From a virus (Duplodnaviria > Heunggongvirae > Uroviricota > Caudoviricetes > Straboviridae), in IMG/VR virus record IMGVR_UViG_2974656882_000001, positions 64,001-128,000 of that record: a DNA stretch of 64,000 bases; one strand, written 5' to 3'. Each line of letters starts with the position of its first letter. The first letter of the stretch is position 1. The position numbers and the translations under genes are program-made. Under the pieces are notes generated by a model. That model had not been told where the DNA came from. It did not search any database and saw only the letters and a program-made list of their open reading frames with translations. Shown here one piece after another: positions 44,557-58,704 of this stretch.

Positions 44557-46109
44557 TATAATTCCTCGTCTGGTGGGTTATATACTTTATCTTTAAGCTC
44601 TTTGTCAATAATTTTACGCTCAGCCGCAATTTCTTCATCAGTCATATGCAAGAATTGTTTCATTGCAGTTTGATTAGAAATATATTTGCCAACATAAGGT
44701 TCAACTAAATTAAGTGCATTGACACGTCGTTCCATAATTTCCATTTCTTTCATTTCAGTGAAATAGGAATTTTTGTGGAATACAACTTTAATATTATTTA
44801 TTTCGTTCTCCCACTCGTCTTCGCTAATAATGCGTTTTAAAAGCAAATTACTTTTGAGTGGATTAAGGAAAATTTCTTCAAATTTATGTTGAAGTTCCAT
44901 AATGAACTTATCAAATCTAAGCTCATCACGTGATATGGCTGTGCTCATATCAAACACATTTTGAGACTGTTCATCAGGTATTCGAGATAATGGTACCCGA
45001 AGTGCCATGTACAGTGCTTTACGGAAGTATAAAATGTCATCCATTTCATTCATACCAGACATGCCTGGCAATGTATCAACTTCAGTAACTGCTTTACCAT
45101 CACGACGTTGTAGCCAATAGTCCTCGGTGAGGGCCATCATATTCGCCTGATTTTTAATTTTTCCTGTAGATGCATCATATGAAATTCTATTTCGATGAGA
45201 ATTCATAATGTGTTGCATATGTTGTGCTGCTTTGCGAGCCGGCATGTTACCTGTATCGATATAAAAAACACGACGATCAGGCGCGCGAGTAAGACGATAA
45301 ATCATCATTGCATCTTCAAGCAATTTCAGCTGGTTGGCTGGTTTAACTGCTCTATGCAAATAGCCGATAATGTTTTTGCCACAGCAATCCACAAGCCCTG
45401 AATGAGCATAAACCATTGCAGAATACGGGATTCTAACTTTAGAACCTGCGGCAAATTGTCTACCATTGCAGTTGTATGTGTCATTTTGCGTGTCATAAAT
45501 GAAATATTCTTTATAACCTTTTACTACTTTGACCCCTTTTTCCGTAACAGTTTCAATTTCACGTATAAACTGAACTTGACGTGGATCTAAACGTCTTAAC
45601 TCTATGATGCCATCCTTTGGGCGAGCCGGATTAATAATCTTATGATAAAATATACGTGAATCTACATACCAACGTCTAAAATGATCAGAACCTTTACGTT
45701 GGAAATTAAGCATATTGAGAATTTCTGAAAATTCTTCAAATATTTTTTCACGAATATTAGGCGAAAATTTTGTTTGTTCTAAATCAAGAGATACTACATC
45801 ATAGCCATCTTCATACACGATTGCATCTGAAACAATTTCTTGTACGGCATTATCGACCTCATAGTTATTAAGCATGCTTCGATAAGTGTTAATCAATTCC
45901 TTTGTCGAAGTAACATTAGGGTCCTGATTACCGTATAATTGTCTAAATACACCATTGTATGATGCGTCAGATGATTCAATCTCTGTAGCGCCATCATCAA
46001 ATTTTGGAGCGGTGATAGACTCTGCTTTATCGTTAATAATCTGATCGTATTCTGTGGTGTCAACTTTTTGCCAAAAAGCGAACATTTTCAAATCGTTCAC
46101 ATCTTGCAT
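44556..46109 (-). CDS. 20: Portal protein gp20
   Basis: [39 protein letters not shown]. Confidence 0.97.
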   Translation of the reverse strand: MQDVNDLKMFAFWQKVDTTEYDQIINDKAESITAPKFDDGATEIESSDASYNGVFRQLYGNQDPNVTSTKELINTYRSMLNNYEVDNAVQEIVSDAIVYEDGYDVVSLDLEQTKFSPNIREKIFEEFSEILNMLNFQRKGSDHFRRWYVDSRIFYHKIINPARPKDGIIELRRLDPRQVQFIREIETVTEKGVKVVKGYKEYFIYDTQNDTYNCNGRQFAAGSKVRIPYSAMVYAHSGLVDCCGKNIIGYLHRAVKPANQLKLLEDAMMIYRLTRAPDRRVFYIDTGNMPARKAAQHMQHIMNSHRNRISYDASTGKIKNQANMMALTEDYWLQRRDGKAVTEVDTLPGMSGMNEMDDILYFRKALYMALRVPLSRIPDEQSQNVFDMSTAISRDELRFDKFIMELQHKFEEIFLNPLKSNLLLKRIISEDEWENEINNIKVVFHKNSYFTEMKEMEIMERRVNALNLVEPYVGKYISNQTAMKQFLHMTDEEIAAERKIIDKELKDKVYNPPDEEL

Positions 46110-46170
46110 AAATCCTCCTACAGAGTGGTTCCGATTGATATAAAGTTATTTATACCAATCGGATTTTCAC

Positions 46171-46662
46171 TTATAGCCAATAATCTAATGCAAATGTAGT
46201 TTCAAATGTTTCTACTTCTGAGTTTGTATCCCAGTCAAGTTGCACTTCACCTACAATAGTAGGCCACAGACCATAAATGGTATGCTCCTTTGTAATGGTT
46301 TTGCCATCACGTCCAAATTGGCGAATAATTGCCGTCTTTTTGTAATCGGCAGGTGTTGCACCGCTAATTTCTGCACCTTGTCCATGACATAGATTTTGCC
46401 AATCAAGGATGGCCTGGCGAGTTTCATGCTTGTCATCTGAATAAATCGTTACCGACCAGTCATCAAATGTTCTATCACCGGCAACGTGCAATTTTCTATT
46501 TTGGAAGCCGACTGCAATTTTATCTACGTTTGCAGGAGGCATTGCTGCTGCTTTACATTTAAAGCTAAAATTCTTGCCTAAGAAAGGAATTTCAACTTCA
46601 AATAAGTTAGGGCGTGCAAAGTCACCAGATTCAAATGCTCTGAGTAAATCTGTAAGTTCCAT
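46171..46662 (-). CDS. 19: Tail tube protein gp19
   Basis: 163 aa; SGDFARPNLFEV, AGDRTFDDW. Confidence 0.96.
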   Translation of the reverse strand: MELTDLLRAFESGDFARPNLFEVEIPFLGKNFSFKCKAAAMPPANVDKIAVGFQNRKLHVAGDRTFDDWSVTIYSDDKHETRQAILDWQNLCHGQGAEISGATPADYKKTAIIRQFGRDGKTITKEHTIYGLWPTIVGEVQLDWDTNSEVETFETTFALDYWL

Positions 46663-46671
46663 TATATTTCC

Positions 46672-47256
46672 TTAAATTATTTTGTCTCTTTTTGCATTAT
46701 TTTCTTCCCAAGGGATAAACCTTAGGTTGTCAATATGCCCAATTATTTCTGGAGAGATATTATTGTCAAATCCGTATTGGATAGGAATGATATGATCTAA
46801 TTGATATGCGCCTTCTACCCCACACAATCCGCGAGGTTTATCTGAATTTTCAAGTGTACTTAAATCAAATCGTGCAGTAACCTTATTGCACTCATTTACA
46901 TACTTTCGTTTTTCAGATTTATTAGGATTCCATCTAGGGTGTTTTTCACCTTGCATTGAAGGGATGGTGTAACCGCCGCCCGCACCGTGTTTGTTTCCAA
47001 GCAAACTTAGATGTTTTCTACAAGGATAACAAATGTCGGTGTCTCGACAGACCCGTTGTGTGTATATTTCAGAGCATCTATCACATTTACATGAGACTCT
47101 AACATTAGAGCCCGGTTTTAAATGCTCAATTTTAACATCAATGATTTGCGGATTTGCATTACGACGTTCAAGTTTCTTCAACTTGTACCCAAGTTCAGAA
47201 AAATATTTGAAATTGCTTGCAACAATTTTAACTTTAACAGTTTTATCAATAATCAT
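46672..47256 (-). mobile_element. Free-standing endonuclease, N-terminal Zn finger and C-terminal HNH, 194 aa
   Basis: CKCDRC..CYPC; YQLDHIIP..NLRFIPWEENNAK; inserted between 18 and 19. Confidence 0.8.
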
Positions 47257-47271
47257 CTCTATCTCAATATT

Positions 47272-47301
47272 GGCTCTCTATATTTTTATTTATAGAGAGC
47301 C
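47272..47301 (-). promoter_or_regulatory. 11-bp inverted repeat containing a late promoter
   Basis: GGCTCTCTATA / TATAGAGAGCC; TATAAATA on the - strand at 47287-94. Confidence 0.75.
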
Positions 47302-47307
47302 ATAAGA

Positions 47308-49284
47308 TTATTGTTGTTTGCCAATCAATTCATCAAAATCTGCAGATGTAGCAGTAGCTACAAAATTCAATTGAATAAAATTTATCGACCGCGCCGGTTT
47401 GATGTAGAATGTTGCAACAAATTCATTTCGATCAATAACCGCCGGTGTGTTATTAGTCTCATTACAAACTACTCGGAAATCATATACACCGCCTAAAGAT
47501 CGAATGCCTGAAAGATATTGCGAAGTTTCCATGCGGAATGCACTACGTGTGAATGCATCATTAATTTCAAACAAACGGAATTTAGAAGCATCACCAATAT
47601 TCTTTTTAAGCATATTGAATAAACGACGAACGTTTACTCGGTCAAACGGTGAAGGAACTTTTGTTGCAGTTTTGTCACCAAACAACACGAATCCGTCTCC
47701 GCCATTTGCACCAATAACTGGATTGATTGCATCTTGATACATACGGTCGCGTTGTGCTTTACGAGGTTCGATAGCCAACTTAACAACATTCAACAATTGA
47801 CCACGTTGATAGCCTGCTGGAGACATCCACGGTTGAGAAATATCATCAGTACGAGCACATAATCCAGCGATATCACCGGCTAATGGCACCCAGCGGTTAA
47901 CATCATTGTATTTGTCATATTGATATTTGTAGTTGCCATCAATAAATGCATATGTTGAACTGATGTTCATGTTTGCAGTGTCATATTCGCCAGTACCTTC
48001 ACGCCATGCAATAAGATTATCTACTGCGCGAGTTGGACCAACGTCTACAATTGTTTCACGAGGCGGAGAAATAAGCACTAAGCAGTCACGACGTTCATCT
48101 GCCAATGACACTACATGTTTTTGTACAGTAGAAGCGATTTCAGGGGATTCACCTGCGCATGATCCGGCAATCATTAGGTTGACATGAAGTGCTTCAGCGT
48201 CAGCAAATTTATCCCATGCAAGCATTAAATCTCCAGCGGTTACTGCTTCATTTGCAGAAAGACCACCATTAAGTTTAATGATACCTGAGAAGCCTGTAGG
48301 AAATCCAGTAGAAGTTGCAAAGATATAATTGCTTGAGCCACGAGCAAAATAATCGTCAAGGAAAATATTGCTTCCGTAGATGTCTTTGTCACCTTGTTTT
48401 GTAGAAAGAATATAATTTTCTACGACTTCTCCGTTACGTCTTACAATGAAAGCGTACTGGTCATCAGTTTGCGGACCATACCCAAATACACCTTTAGCAA
48501 CAGATACTCGAGTACCGCCTGAAGGATATACATTTAAAATTGGTGAGCCTTTGTCGTAATCAGCTTTAGAAACAATTTCAATTTCAAGTTGATCACCAGT
48601 TTCACCTGGGTATAAAGCAACTACACCAGGCATACCATATTTTTTCAACGACTCTTGGAATGATGTTGATGTCATGCGAGGTACAGCATTGTCTGGATCA
48701 GTGAGAATGATACCAGAGTCAGTTTCAATTGATCCTAGATTGATTGCACCTTGTATACCTGTCACCGAAGTTACTTCAGTAACCCATGCATCACTAAGTG
48801 CAGGATATTGACCGATTGATTTTGCATACGCGATAATTTTTTCTGTAGGAATAAAAATTCCAGTAATTTTACCATCTGCATCTACTTTAGTTACTCGCCC
48901 ATCAGATTCAATTGTAGTAGATGTATACTTAACAGTAATTTTGTCCCCGACTTTATAGTTGTTACCAGCAGAGGAAATTGTGAATTTAACGTTGCCTGCA
49001 ATAGGACTCGAGTTTTTAGCCACAGCTTCATTAACTGCTCGTACAACTCGCAGGTCATTACCATACTGTAAGAAATTCGCAGCAGACATAAAATATTCTG
49101 ATGTGAGGTTGTTAGGGCGACCAAATAAATCTACTAATTCTACTTCATTTGTAACTTGAATTACTTGATATGCAGGCCCCCATTGGAACTTGCCAGCCAT
49201 TGCAGCACGTCCAGTGGCATTTTGTACTACTGTACTTTGTGTGGTATTCTCTTTTAGTTCAATACCAGGTGATAATAAAGCCAT
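47308..49284 (-). CDS. 18: Tail sheath protein gp18
   Basis: MALLSPGIELKE; WVPLAGDIAGLCARTD; 658 aa. Confidence 0.97.
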   Translation of the reverse strand: MALLSPGIELKENTTQSTVVQNATGRAAMAGKFQWGPAYQVIQVTNEVELVDLFGRPNNLTSEYFMSAANFLQYGNDLRVVRAVNEAVAKNSSPIAGNVKFTISSAGNNYKVGDKITVKYTSTTIESDGRVTKVDADGKITGIFIPTEKIIAYAKSIGQYPALSDAWVTEVTSVTGIQGAINLGSIETDSGIILTDPDNAVPRMTSTSFQESLKKYGMPGVVALYPGETGDQLEIEIVSKADYDKGSPILNVYPSGGTRVSVAKGVFGYGPQTDDQYAFIVRRNGEVVENYILSTKQGDKDIYGSNIFLDDYFARGSSNYIFATSTGFPTGFSGIIKLNGGLSANEAVTAGDLMLAWDKFADAEALHVNLMIAGSCAGESPEIASTVQKHVVSLADERRDCLVLISPPRETIVDVGPTRAVDNLIAWREGTGEYDTANMNISSTYAFIDGNYKYQYDKYNDVNRWVPLAGDIAGLCARTDDISQPWMSPAGYQRGQLLNVVKLAIEPRKAQRDRMYQDAINPVIGANGGDGFVLFGDKTATKVPSPFDRVNVRRLFNMLKKNIGDASKFRLFEINDAFTRSAFRMETSQYLSGIRSLGGVYDFRVVCNETNNTPAVIDRNEFVATFYIKPARSINFIQLNFVATATSADFDELIGKQQ

Positions 49285-49312
49285 TTTGACTCCTGTTTAT
49301 TTTATTTTTCAA

Positions 49313-51556
<2,244 letters not shown>

Positions 51557-51560
<4 letters not shown>

Positions 51561-52042
51561 TGTTCATCTACCACTTGCATATTACGGGTTCTAGTTTCAA
51601 ATCCATCGCCAAATTTGTCCATCATATCTGTTGGACCACCGACGAAGACATGTGCATTTTCAATGTTGACATTGGCCCTTTCTTCGCCTTTGCCAGCAGT
51701 TGTAGTCTCGTTTGTAATATCCTTCATCTCTTTGTGAAGTTTAAGGATTTTTTCGTTGGTTGTAGTCATTTGCCCCATAAGTGTAGCAAAAACTTCCATA
51801 TGTCTTGGGCTGTCTGCATTTTTTGCAGTTTCTAAGAATATTTTTGCTGCGTCCATTAACATTTGTTGCTGGAAGTGCATATTTTTTCTTACAATAGAAT
51901 AATCAGTTTCTAGATCAGGAGTCCGGTTAGTCGGATTGCTTATTACTTCTTCAAGTTCCAAGGGCTTATAAACTACTAACTCTTCTCCTTCCATTCCAGG
52001 CAAATCAGTACAATCCATGATTTGCGCCATGATGTCTTGCAT
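51557..52042 (-). CDS. 16: Terminase small subunit gp16
   Basis: [33 protein letters not shown]; GGAG SD before ATG 52042. Confidence 0.94.
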
Positions 52043-52866
52043 TAATTTCTCCTTATATGGGGCTCTTCTGGTGCAGTAGGAATAGGTATACCAACTGATT
52101 GTCCTTGAGCAAACTCGCCATCCCAATTGTCTTTTGTTGCATCAATAGGTCTAATTTGAGTGTCCACTGATTCAAATACACCGTCATGTGTTAGAGTCTT
52201 TTCATTGGCAAACAAATCTAAATAGATCGTTTTAATTTCACCTTTTATTTCTGCTACAGGTGGATATAACCATCCATTGACCTCAAAGATAAAATCTGTT
52301 TGAAGGCGTCGTCGAGTAGTTTTATCTGTGTCAATTTGATTATCAAATGATAATGACTGGAGCACAACTCGGATATTTCTGTCAAATGTGATGTCATTTC
52401 CAAATAGTTCTTTCATTTGAGTTGAAAAATGCGGTTGGAAATATGGCCAAATTTGTTCAATTATTTGGAACATGTCATCTTGATGACGAGTGTATATGCC
52501 GAGTTCAAAAATAAATTTAACTGGGACTGGGTTATATTGAGATACTAAATTTGGAGCCTTTGCCGGCGTTTTAACTGTTCTGTTAGTAACGCTTGTTTTA
52601 TACTGCCCGTTGTAAAGTATATCAACTAAATTTAAACACATTCTAGGCAAAATAGTTTCTACTTTTGCTACAGGTCCATTATTGTTAACAGAAGTCACTG
52701 TATCTAATTTTTCTATGAATCGTTCCTTTGACGAAAACGTAATAGGAACTTTGATCAAGTCAATCTTGTCATTATCTCGTTGTCTCATGACTTGAACGTG
52801 GGAAAATAAATCTCCCATCAAGACGCAGTAGCGCCTAATAGACGAGTTGTACCAATAACCAAAAAT
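52042..52866 (-). CDS. 15: Tail terminator gp15, probable ATT start
   Basis: (I)[12 protein letters not shown] matches T4 MFGYFYNSSFRRY; TAAGGAG SD 7 nt before ATT. Confidence 0.88.
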   Translation of the reverse strand: MFGYWYNSSIRRYCVLMGDLFSHVQVMRQRDNDKIDLIKVPITFSSKERFIEKLDTVTSVNNNGPVAKVETILPRMCLNLVDILYNGQYKTSVTNRTVKTPAKAPNLVSQYNPVPVKFIFELGIYTRHQDDMFQIIEQIWPYFQPHFSTQMKELFGNDITFDRNIRVVLQSLSFDNQIDTDKTTRRRLQTDFIFEVNGWLYPPVAEIKGEIKTIYLDLFANEKTLTHDGVFESVDTQIRPIDATKDNWDGEFAQGQSVGIPIPTAPEEPHIRRN

Positions 52867-52917
52867 TTTGATTCTCCTTATTCCGTGAGAGGGCAATGCC
52901 CTCTATGATAAATGTAT

Positions 52918-53688
52918 TTATGAGTCCATAAAATCGTCAAAAGGCGTTCCGTCTCCCATAATCCCTTTGTTGTTTATGACAACATAAGGTTCTATGATTT
53001 CTTTACCTTCATTATTGATTTCATCCGATTCTATATACTGGTCAGTCTTAATATCATGAATGCCATTAAGCGCATGAATAGGATCTAAATCAAGCTCACT
53101 AAATTCGGGGATGTTGATGCCTTCATTAACCTGTAGGACAGGTTTGATCTCTTCTCCGGAATAAACAAATTTCTGTGCAGTAATCCGACGCATTGCATTA
53201 GAGCCTACCTGATAAAATGGAGTGTATGGCTCAACCCATGTAATTTCAAACAATGATTTGTCCATTGCAAAATAGAACAAATCGCCTTCTTTAGGCTCTG
53301 CACCATTGACTTGATGTTTGAATAAATTTGGATTGACAGTTATTGTAACTTCATCATTAACGGTCATACCAAATTTGCTGAAGAATGTATTGCTTCCTGA
53401 ATATCCTTCAAATGAATCCAAGTATGCCGCAAATTTCCAAGCTTTGTTGAATTTTCTTGATGGGTCTTCACCAAATAGTTCATCTTTATTGACAAATTCT
53501 GATGGCAAATAGTAGCACTCAACTCCTCGCATTTGAATGCTTTCTGCAACAAGTACGTCTTGGAGAGTTTGTGTATTTTCATGATGATAGAAATTTACAT
53601 ATGGGTTAAGTACTTCAGACGTATTTGTTTTATCATATCCTGTACCGTCTTCTAGCTTAGCAAACAAGCTACTATCGAATGTAGTCAT
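52918..53688 (-). CDS. 14: Neck protein gp14
   Basis: [30 protein letters not shown]. Confidence 0.94.
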   Translation of the reverse strand: MTTFDSSLFAKLEDGTGYDKTNTSEVLNPYVNFYHHENTQTLQDVLVAESIQMRGVECYYLPSEFVNKDELFGEDPSRKFNKAWKFAAYLDSFEGYSGSNTFFSKFGMTVNDEVTITVNPNLFKHQVNGAEPKEGDLFYFAMDKSLFEITWVEPYTPFYQVGSNAMRRITAQKFVYSGEEIKPVLQVNEGINIPEFSELDLDPIHALNGIHDIKTDQYIESDEINNEGKEIIEPYVVINNKGIMGDGTPFDDFMDS

Positions 53689-53691
53689 ATC

Positions 53692-54609
53692 TTACCCCAT
53701 TAAAATTCCAGGTGGAGCTGCTAATAAATCTAATTCGTCACGTAAGCGTTCTTTTTCTATTCGTGATTCTTCGATAAGACGCAATCCATCTACTGTGGTA
53801 CCACCAGCTAATTGCATGCCTTGGTGCTTGGCTAAAATTTGGCCATTGAGTTCTTTGACTAATGCCGTTGCATAATCTTTTACCCAGCGATTATTAAATG
53901 CACCTTGTTTGACACCTGCATTTTCACCTGCTCTATATCCCGCAACTCGTCGATTTGCATTATTATATGTTTCAGATAATGTCCACGGGTCTTGTTCAGG
54001 TTGAGCATATGCATATCCTGCATATGTGCCAACGGATGGACCTGTGTCAACAAATGATTTTGTCCATACTTCAAGGAACATAAAATCGCCCTTTTTAAAA
54101 TTTCCGGATAATTTCAATTGCCCGGTGTCATCATTAAACCAATAGTCTGGCACAGGATTAAGCATATTCTGAAGTATTGTCCAGTATTGCATAACCGATG
54201 TGTAGTAACTAAGATTTGCGCCATATGCATTTGGACCAAATGATTGTGCAGAAGAACATCCGTTTACACCAGCTAATCCTAGAATAAAGTCAGTTACCCA
54301 TGGATAAGTAGCAGAACCATCCATTGTTAATAATGCACCAGTATTGCCTCTAATGACTTGTGTTATAGCAAAAATATTTTCATTTGATAAATCAAAAACT
54401 CCATTTTTGTATTGTTCATCATCTCCTACATAAACCCACATAAAGGTTTTGTTCAGTCCGTTGTAATGATACTCGCCATATAACTCTAATGCTCGTTGAA
54501 TACAGTGCATTATCTGCTGTTCTGTTACTTCTATTTTAATAATTGGTGCACCTAAACGCATCAAAATGTGATCTTTAAGTTGTTTAGGTGTTTTAGGTTC
54601 TGTAAACAT
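53692..54609 (-). CDS. 13: Neck protein gp13
   Basis: [35 protein letters not shown]; GAGGT SD before ATG 54609. Confidence 0.94.
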   Translation of the reverse strand: MFTEPKTPKQLKDHILMRLGAPIIKIEVTEQQIMHCIQRALELYGEYHYNGLNKTFMWVYVGDDEQYKNGVFDLSNENIFAITQVIRGNTGALLTMDGSATYPWVTDFILGLAGVNGCSSAQSFGPNAYGANLSYYTSVMQYWTILQNMLNPVPDYWFNDDTGQLKLSGNFKKGDFMFLEVWTKSFVDTGPSVGTYAGYAYAQPEQDPWTLSETYNNANRRVAGYRAGENAGVKQGAFNNRWVKDYATALVKELNGQILAKHQGMQLAGGTTVDGLRLIEESRIEKERLRDELDLLAAPPGILMG

Positions 54610-54619
54610 GTAATACCTC

Positions 54620-54637
54620 AAAAGGCCCGAAGGCCTT
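54620..54637 (-). terminator. UUCG terminator after wac
   Basis: AAGGCC-TTCG-GGCCTTTT on the - strand. Confidence 0.75.
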
Positions 54638-54641
54638 ATTT

Positions 54642-56519
54642 TTATTTAGAATTTATTTGGCCAACAACAAGGTTAACAAATCTTTGTGAGCCAGCATTTG
54701 TAAATCCAGATGCAGTTAAAAATAACGCAGAGTTCTTATGATAAAGACCAAATTCGTTATTAGTATCTATAACAGGAATCCCGAACATTTTAGCGACTTC
54801 ACTAATAGCTATAGAGTAGTCATCTAATGTATGTGATTCAGTGTTAGCCTCTGGATACTTGACTCCATCAGTAAATAATGTAGATCTATATCCATTAGTA
54901 ACAAATACACGGGTTTTTGATGTTGCAGTCAAGATTTTATCAAAAAGTTTGAATACTTCATTATAGAATGACACTGATCCGCTATATTCACTTGATGCAT
55001 CAGCTTTAGAACCTAATGGCGTGTTGAACGCATAGTCCCATGTGCCAATATTGACTAATACAACATCTGACTTAATCGCATCGGCAAAATCGTTTTGTTG
55101 TGAAATATTAGCAATACCATTTGGAGATTTAACAGATTTTGCAAGAGTCATATTGAGCATAGATGATATTGTGATGTCATTTGCATCTACTGTAGCATCA
55201 GATAAACTAGAGTATTTCAGTCCGTTATATTTCATCCTATCATATAAACCTTTGATTGCAACATTTGCATCATTAAGGCCTGTATAAACGCCTTTAGTTG
55301 CACTGACGACGCCAGCTTTATCTACAGGATCGGTTGCAGTAGAATCACCATATAATGATTTGTCGTGCTTACTTGAATCTGCGACAAGTCCTGTAGTTGT
55401 ATTGCCTACAACTAATTGTAAATCTTGGACAGCACTGGCAGTACCAGACGAGTTGTCTTCTAGAATATTCAGACGCCCTAGGACACTTGTAGAATTTGCA
55501 TTATCAACCCCTATTGTATCTCGCAAAAAGATATTTGCTTGAACTAATCCAGTAGTTGGATCATTTACTGCCTTATCTAAATTTGTGACTTTGAGATCAA
55601 TTGCATCAACCCTATCGGCAATACCTGTACCTTGTACAAACACCGCAGTATTAAGAGCTTCGATTTTGGCGTCAACACCATTTGCACCGGAAATATGATT
55701 GCTAAGTGTGAGTATATCTCTTGAGTTTGTGTCTACGGCATCAATGATTTTGCCCGGACCTCCTATCGAAAGTTCAATCTTATCTAGGCGAGCATCTGTA
55801 TCTACTTCGTTGCTCTCGATTCTATCAAGGCGTTCATAAACCGTTGTTGACCCTGGAGACGAGCCTAGTTCTGTTCTAATGTTGAGAACCTTAGTTTCTA
55901 ATTCATCAAAATTGGCAGAGTCTAATGATTCTTCAATTTGTTGAATCTTATCACGATTTTGTACAGCTTGTGCCAAAACCGCGCTTATTCTAGAAATTAG
56001 GCCAGATTCAGGGTTATTAGGAGCTGAGTTACCGTTAATATCAAATTCTGCTTCATTACCTACAACCGTCTTTATGAAATGCAAATTTTCAAATACAGAC
56101 ATCGTTCCATCTTCTAATGGATTACGACTTCCTACTAAATCACTTAACGATGTTAAATTTGTAGTGGTCTCTTGTACTTCATTATTTAACGTATTAATAA
56201 TTGTGTCAATAGTTTTAATGTCGTCGCTATTTTTATTTACTTGAGTAATTAAATCTGCATTGCCGACATCAGCTAAAATCGCTTTAATTTTCTCGATATC
56301 TTCTGTGTGGAGGCTATATAAAGCACCAATGTCATCAATAATACCACAAATTACTGTGATGTTTTCTTGAAGCTCTTTGTCGACTTTATTCAAATTGCCT
56401 TCACTACCGAATCGAGTTTTAGCGCCCTCTAGCAATTCGCCGTCTTTAATCCAAGAAAGGCGAGATTGCCCTTCTTGTGGAATCCCATCTATAAATGGGA
56501 GTTTATTGATACTATTCAT
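54642..56519 (-). CDS. wac: Fibritin with C-terminal SGNH-like domain, 625 aa
   Basis: [23 protein letters not shown]-terminus; segmented coiled coil; no foldon; [18 protein letters not shown]. Confidence 0.88.
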   Translation of the reverse strand: MNSINKLPFIDGIPQEGQSRLSWIKDGELLEGAKTRFGSEGNLNKVDKELQENITVICGIIDDIGALYSLHTEDIEKIKAILADVGNADLITQVNKNSDDIKTIDTIINTLNNEVQETTTNLTSLSDLVGSRNPLEDGTMSVFENLHFIKTVVGNEAEFDINGNSAPNNPESGLISRISAVLAQAVQNRDKIQQIEESLDSANFDELETKVLNIRTELGSSPGSTTVYERLDRIESNEVDTDARLDKIELSIGGPGKIIDAVDTNSRDILTLSNHISGANGVDAKIEALNTAVFVQGTGIADRVDAIDLKVTNLDKAVNDPTTGLVQANIFLRDTIGVDNANSTSVLGRLNILEDNSSGTASAVQDLQLVVGNTTTGLVADSSKHDKSLYGDSTATDPVDKAGVVSATKGVYTGLNDANVAIKGLYDRMKYNGLKYSSLSDATVDANDITISSMLNMTLAKSVKSPNGIANISQQNDFADAIKSDVVLVNIGTWDYAFNTPLGSKADASSEYSGSVSFYNEVFKLFDKILTATSKTRVFVTNGYRSTLFTDGVKYPEANTESHTLDDYSIAISEVAKMFGIPVIDTNNEFGLYHKNSALFLTASGFTNAGSQRFVNLVVGQINSK

Positions 56520-58045
56520 TAAGCCACCTTAATAATATAATTTACTGACATGTTCCATGGTCTAGATTCTCCGCCTATCAAATCTTTACTATTCACTGTA
56601 GTGTATGATGTTCTAATTGCAGCGTCTTCAATTTCTCGTCCATTATTACTGAATGGATAATAGTTATCCCAATCTTCTCCGCCGTTAGAACCAAATTTTC
56701 CTGCCAATGTAGTTCTTCCCCAAGGCCAACGTGATCCACCAGTATACGCTTCACCAAATGGAGTCACGTGTTGGTGTTCACGGATCTGTTGAGGTTGCAC
56801 TTCGCCGACACCAGCTCCAAATGCGTTATTCCCTAATTTTGGCTTGCCAAATTCATCAGTACCAGTAGCATTTTGAATATCTTTGCCGACACCTGCTCCT
56901 CGAACAAATAATCCACGCATATCAGGGCGATAGAATACGTCACCAGAGCCACCAAATCTATATCCAATTACTGCAAATAGATCCGGACGTGCTGCTCTTG
57001 ACTCTGCACCACCGTCACAGATTGCCCATAGGCCTCCAGCAGGCGCTGTAGTTCCTAACCACATTTGTACTGATCCGATAGGAATAGAATCTCTAACAAA
57101 TTGTTCAGATGAAACAGGTGATGACTTATATTTTAGTGTGCCGGTGAAATTCACTTCACCTGTCACAGTTTGAACACCTGTAGAAATAGTACTTAGAACT
57201 TTGGCAGTTGAACTTAAAACTAGCCCCGGCCCAATTGCGCCAGGAGTATCTGTTAATTTAACAGTACCATAATTTGATGCATTAGCATTATACGTTTTGA
57301 AGCCTTTTGCGGAAATGTATAATGAATCGTCCGTACCAACATTAGCTTGAGCAAGAGTAGCCGCTTGAACCATACCCCTAGTTGTCAGACTCCCTGTTAT
57401 ACGTTGCAAAGTATACGGAGAGACCGCGTACCCATCACGCAATGTACCTGCTTGGGCTTGTCCAATAGTTGCTAATTGTACAAGTCCTGGTGCAGTTTCT
57501 GTTGCTGTAGTAGGCTGCGGAATATTAGCAGTTGCAGCTGCAATGGCTTGTTTTACCTTAAGTGGAGTCATTGCTGTAGAATCATCTACACCGGCTTGAG
57601 CAGCTTGTTGTGTAGATAATTTTATAACGCCATAGGCAGTTTCAGAAGAGAATTTCTTCCACCATTGATCTAATGTGTATTTTAAACTTGCCGGGTTTAT
57701 TGCTTTATTTATTGTTAATGTACCTGTATTGGCCTCATCATTTGTTGCCAATGTTACTAGACCTTTAACAGTAGTAGTAGCATCAGGAAATTTGAGACGC
57801 TCACTCAATGTATAAGGTGTAACAACCTTTTTATTGTCTGTGCCAGCGAGAACTTCATCGCGAGTAGCCAATGTGACCACACCAGATTGTGTGGTCGTGG
57901 CATATGCAGTAGGTGATGTCAGTTTGAGTGCAGATTGGACATCTTTTACTGTTGATGGGAAATTTGTCCCAACAGGGTCGAATGATATATACTTTGCATC
58001 ATCTGCAATATGTTTATATGTATTGTTTAACGGTGTAAATGCCAT
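56519..58045 (-). CDS. 12: Short tail fibre gp12
   Basis: NNTYKHIADDA, beta-repeats, collar PDMRGLFVRG, C-terminal SRPWNMSVNYIIKV. Confidence 0.93.
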   Translation of the reverse strand: MAFTPLNNTYKHIADDAKYISFDPVGTNFPSTVKDVQSALKLTSPTAYATTTQSGVVTLATRDEVLAGTDNKKVVTPYTLSERLKFPDATTTVKGLVTLATNDEANTGTLTINKAINPASLKYTLDQWWKKFSSETAYGVIKLSTQQAAQAGVDDSTAMTPLKVKQAIAAATANIPQPTTATETAPGLVQLATIGQAQAGTLRDGYAVSPYTLQRITGSLTTRGMVQAATLAQANVGTDDSLYISAKGFKTYNANASNYGTVKLTDTPGAIGPGLVLSSTAKVLSTISTGVQTVTGEVNFTGTLKYKSSPVSSEQFVRDSIPIGSVQMWLGTTAPAGGLWAICDGGAESRAARPDLFAVIGYRFGGSGDVFYRPDMRGLFVRGAGVGKDIQNATGTDEFGKPKLGNNAFGAGVGEVQPQQIREHQHVTPFGEAYTGGSRWPWGRTTLAGKFGSNGGEDWDNYYPFSNNGREIEDAAIRTSYTTVNSKDLIGGESRPWNMSVNYIIKVA

Positions 58046-58704
58046 TAGCTTACTCTCTTATAGTAATATAACACTGAATCGCCAGTAGCACCGTCCAATT
58101 TAATTGTCTGTGTTCCGAGGCGCGACCAAACTCCATACCCTGTTCGAGCGGGTGTAAGTACTGTCTGTGTAATGCGTATACCACATTCAACAAATTCCTC
58201 AATAACATGCTTTTGGCAATCATTGTAAACTATTTGTAAGATGTCGTTTGACGCACCGAAATTGACTCGATTTATAACAAGTTTATTAGCCATTGCGATT
58301 TGAAGCTCTCTAAGGACTTTAGCAGCGACCATTTCACCCGTTTCACCGACTAGTACAGTTACGGCAAATCCTAAAAAGTTAAATTGGACTGGATCATTAG
58401 TACTTTTGCCTGGATAAGATACAATTCCTGCGAATTTGAACTCATCTTGTTGAGGACGACCTCCCGGCGCAATACCGTCATCTGTTATAATGACGGTATT
58501 AAGTGGAAGTTCATACAATGAAGCTACATCGTCAATTGCAGCTTGAACGTTAGGGTACGTAACACCTTTTGCAGTACTTCTAATTGTTGGCGATCCGACG
58601 GGCTGATTGTTACCTACTAAAATACTACCTTCTTGAACATCAAATTCATGATGAGTAGCATCTCTTGAGGTGTTATGTGTTAATGATAAATTTTTGCTAT
58701 CCAT
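58045..58704 (-). CDS. 11: Baseplate wedge pin gp11
   Basis: 219 aa from ATG 58704; GVTYPNVQAAIDD, GYGVW..LG. Confidence 0.9.
   Translation of the reverse strand: MDSKNLSLTHNTSRDATHHEFDVQEGSILVGNNQPVGSPTIRSTAKGVTYPNVQAAIDDVASLYELPLNTVIITDDGIAPGGRPQQDEFKFAGIVSYPGKSTNDPVQFNFLGFAVTVLVGETGEMVAAKVLRELQIAMANKLVINRVNFGASNDILQIVYNDCQKHVIEEFVECGIRITQTVLTPARTGYGVWSRLGTQTIKLDGATGDSVLYYYKRVS

Noticed and set aside
52043-52126. N-terminal extension of gp16 in the ORF track
   Set aside because: Overlaps gene 15; the SD-supported ATG is at 52042.
52867-52896. MPSHGIRRIK extension of gp15
   Set aside because: ATG is in a hairpin and the T4 alignment plus SD point to 52866; kept as the alternative in the finding.
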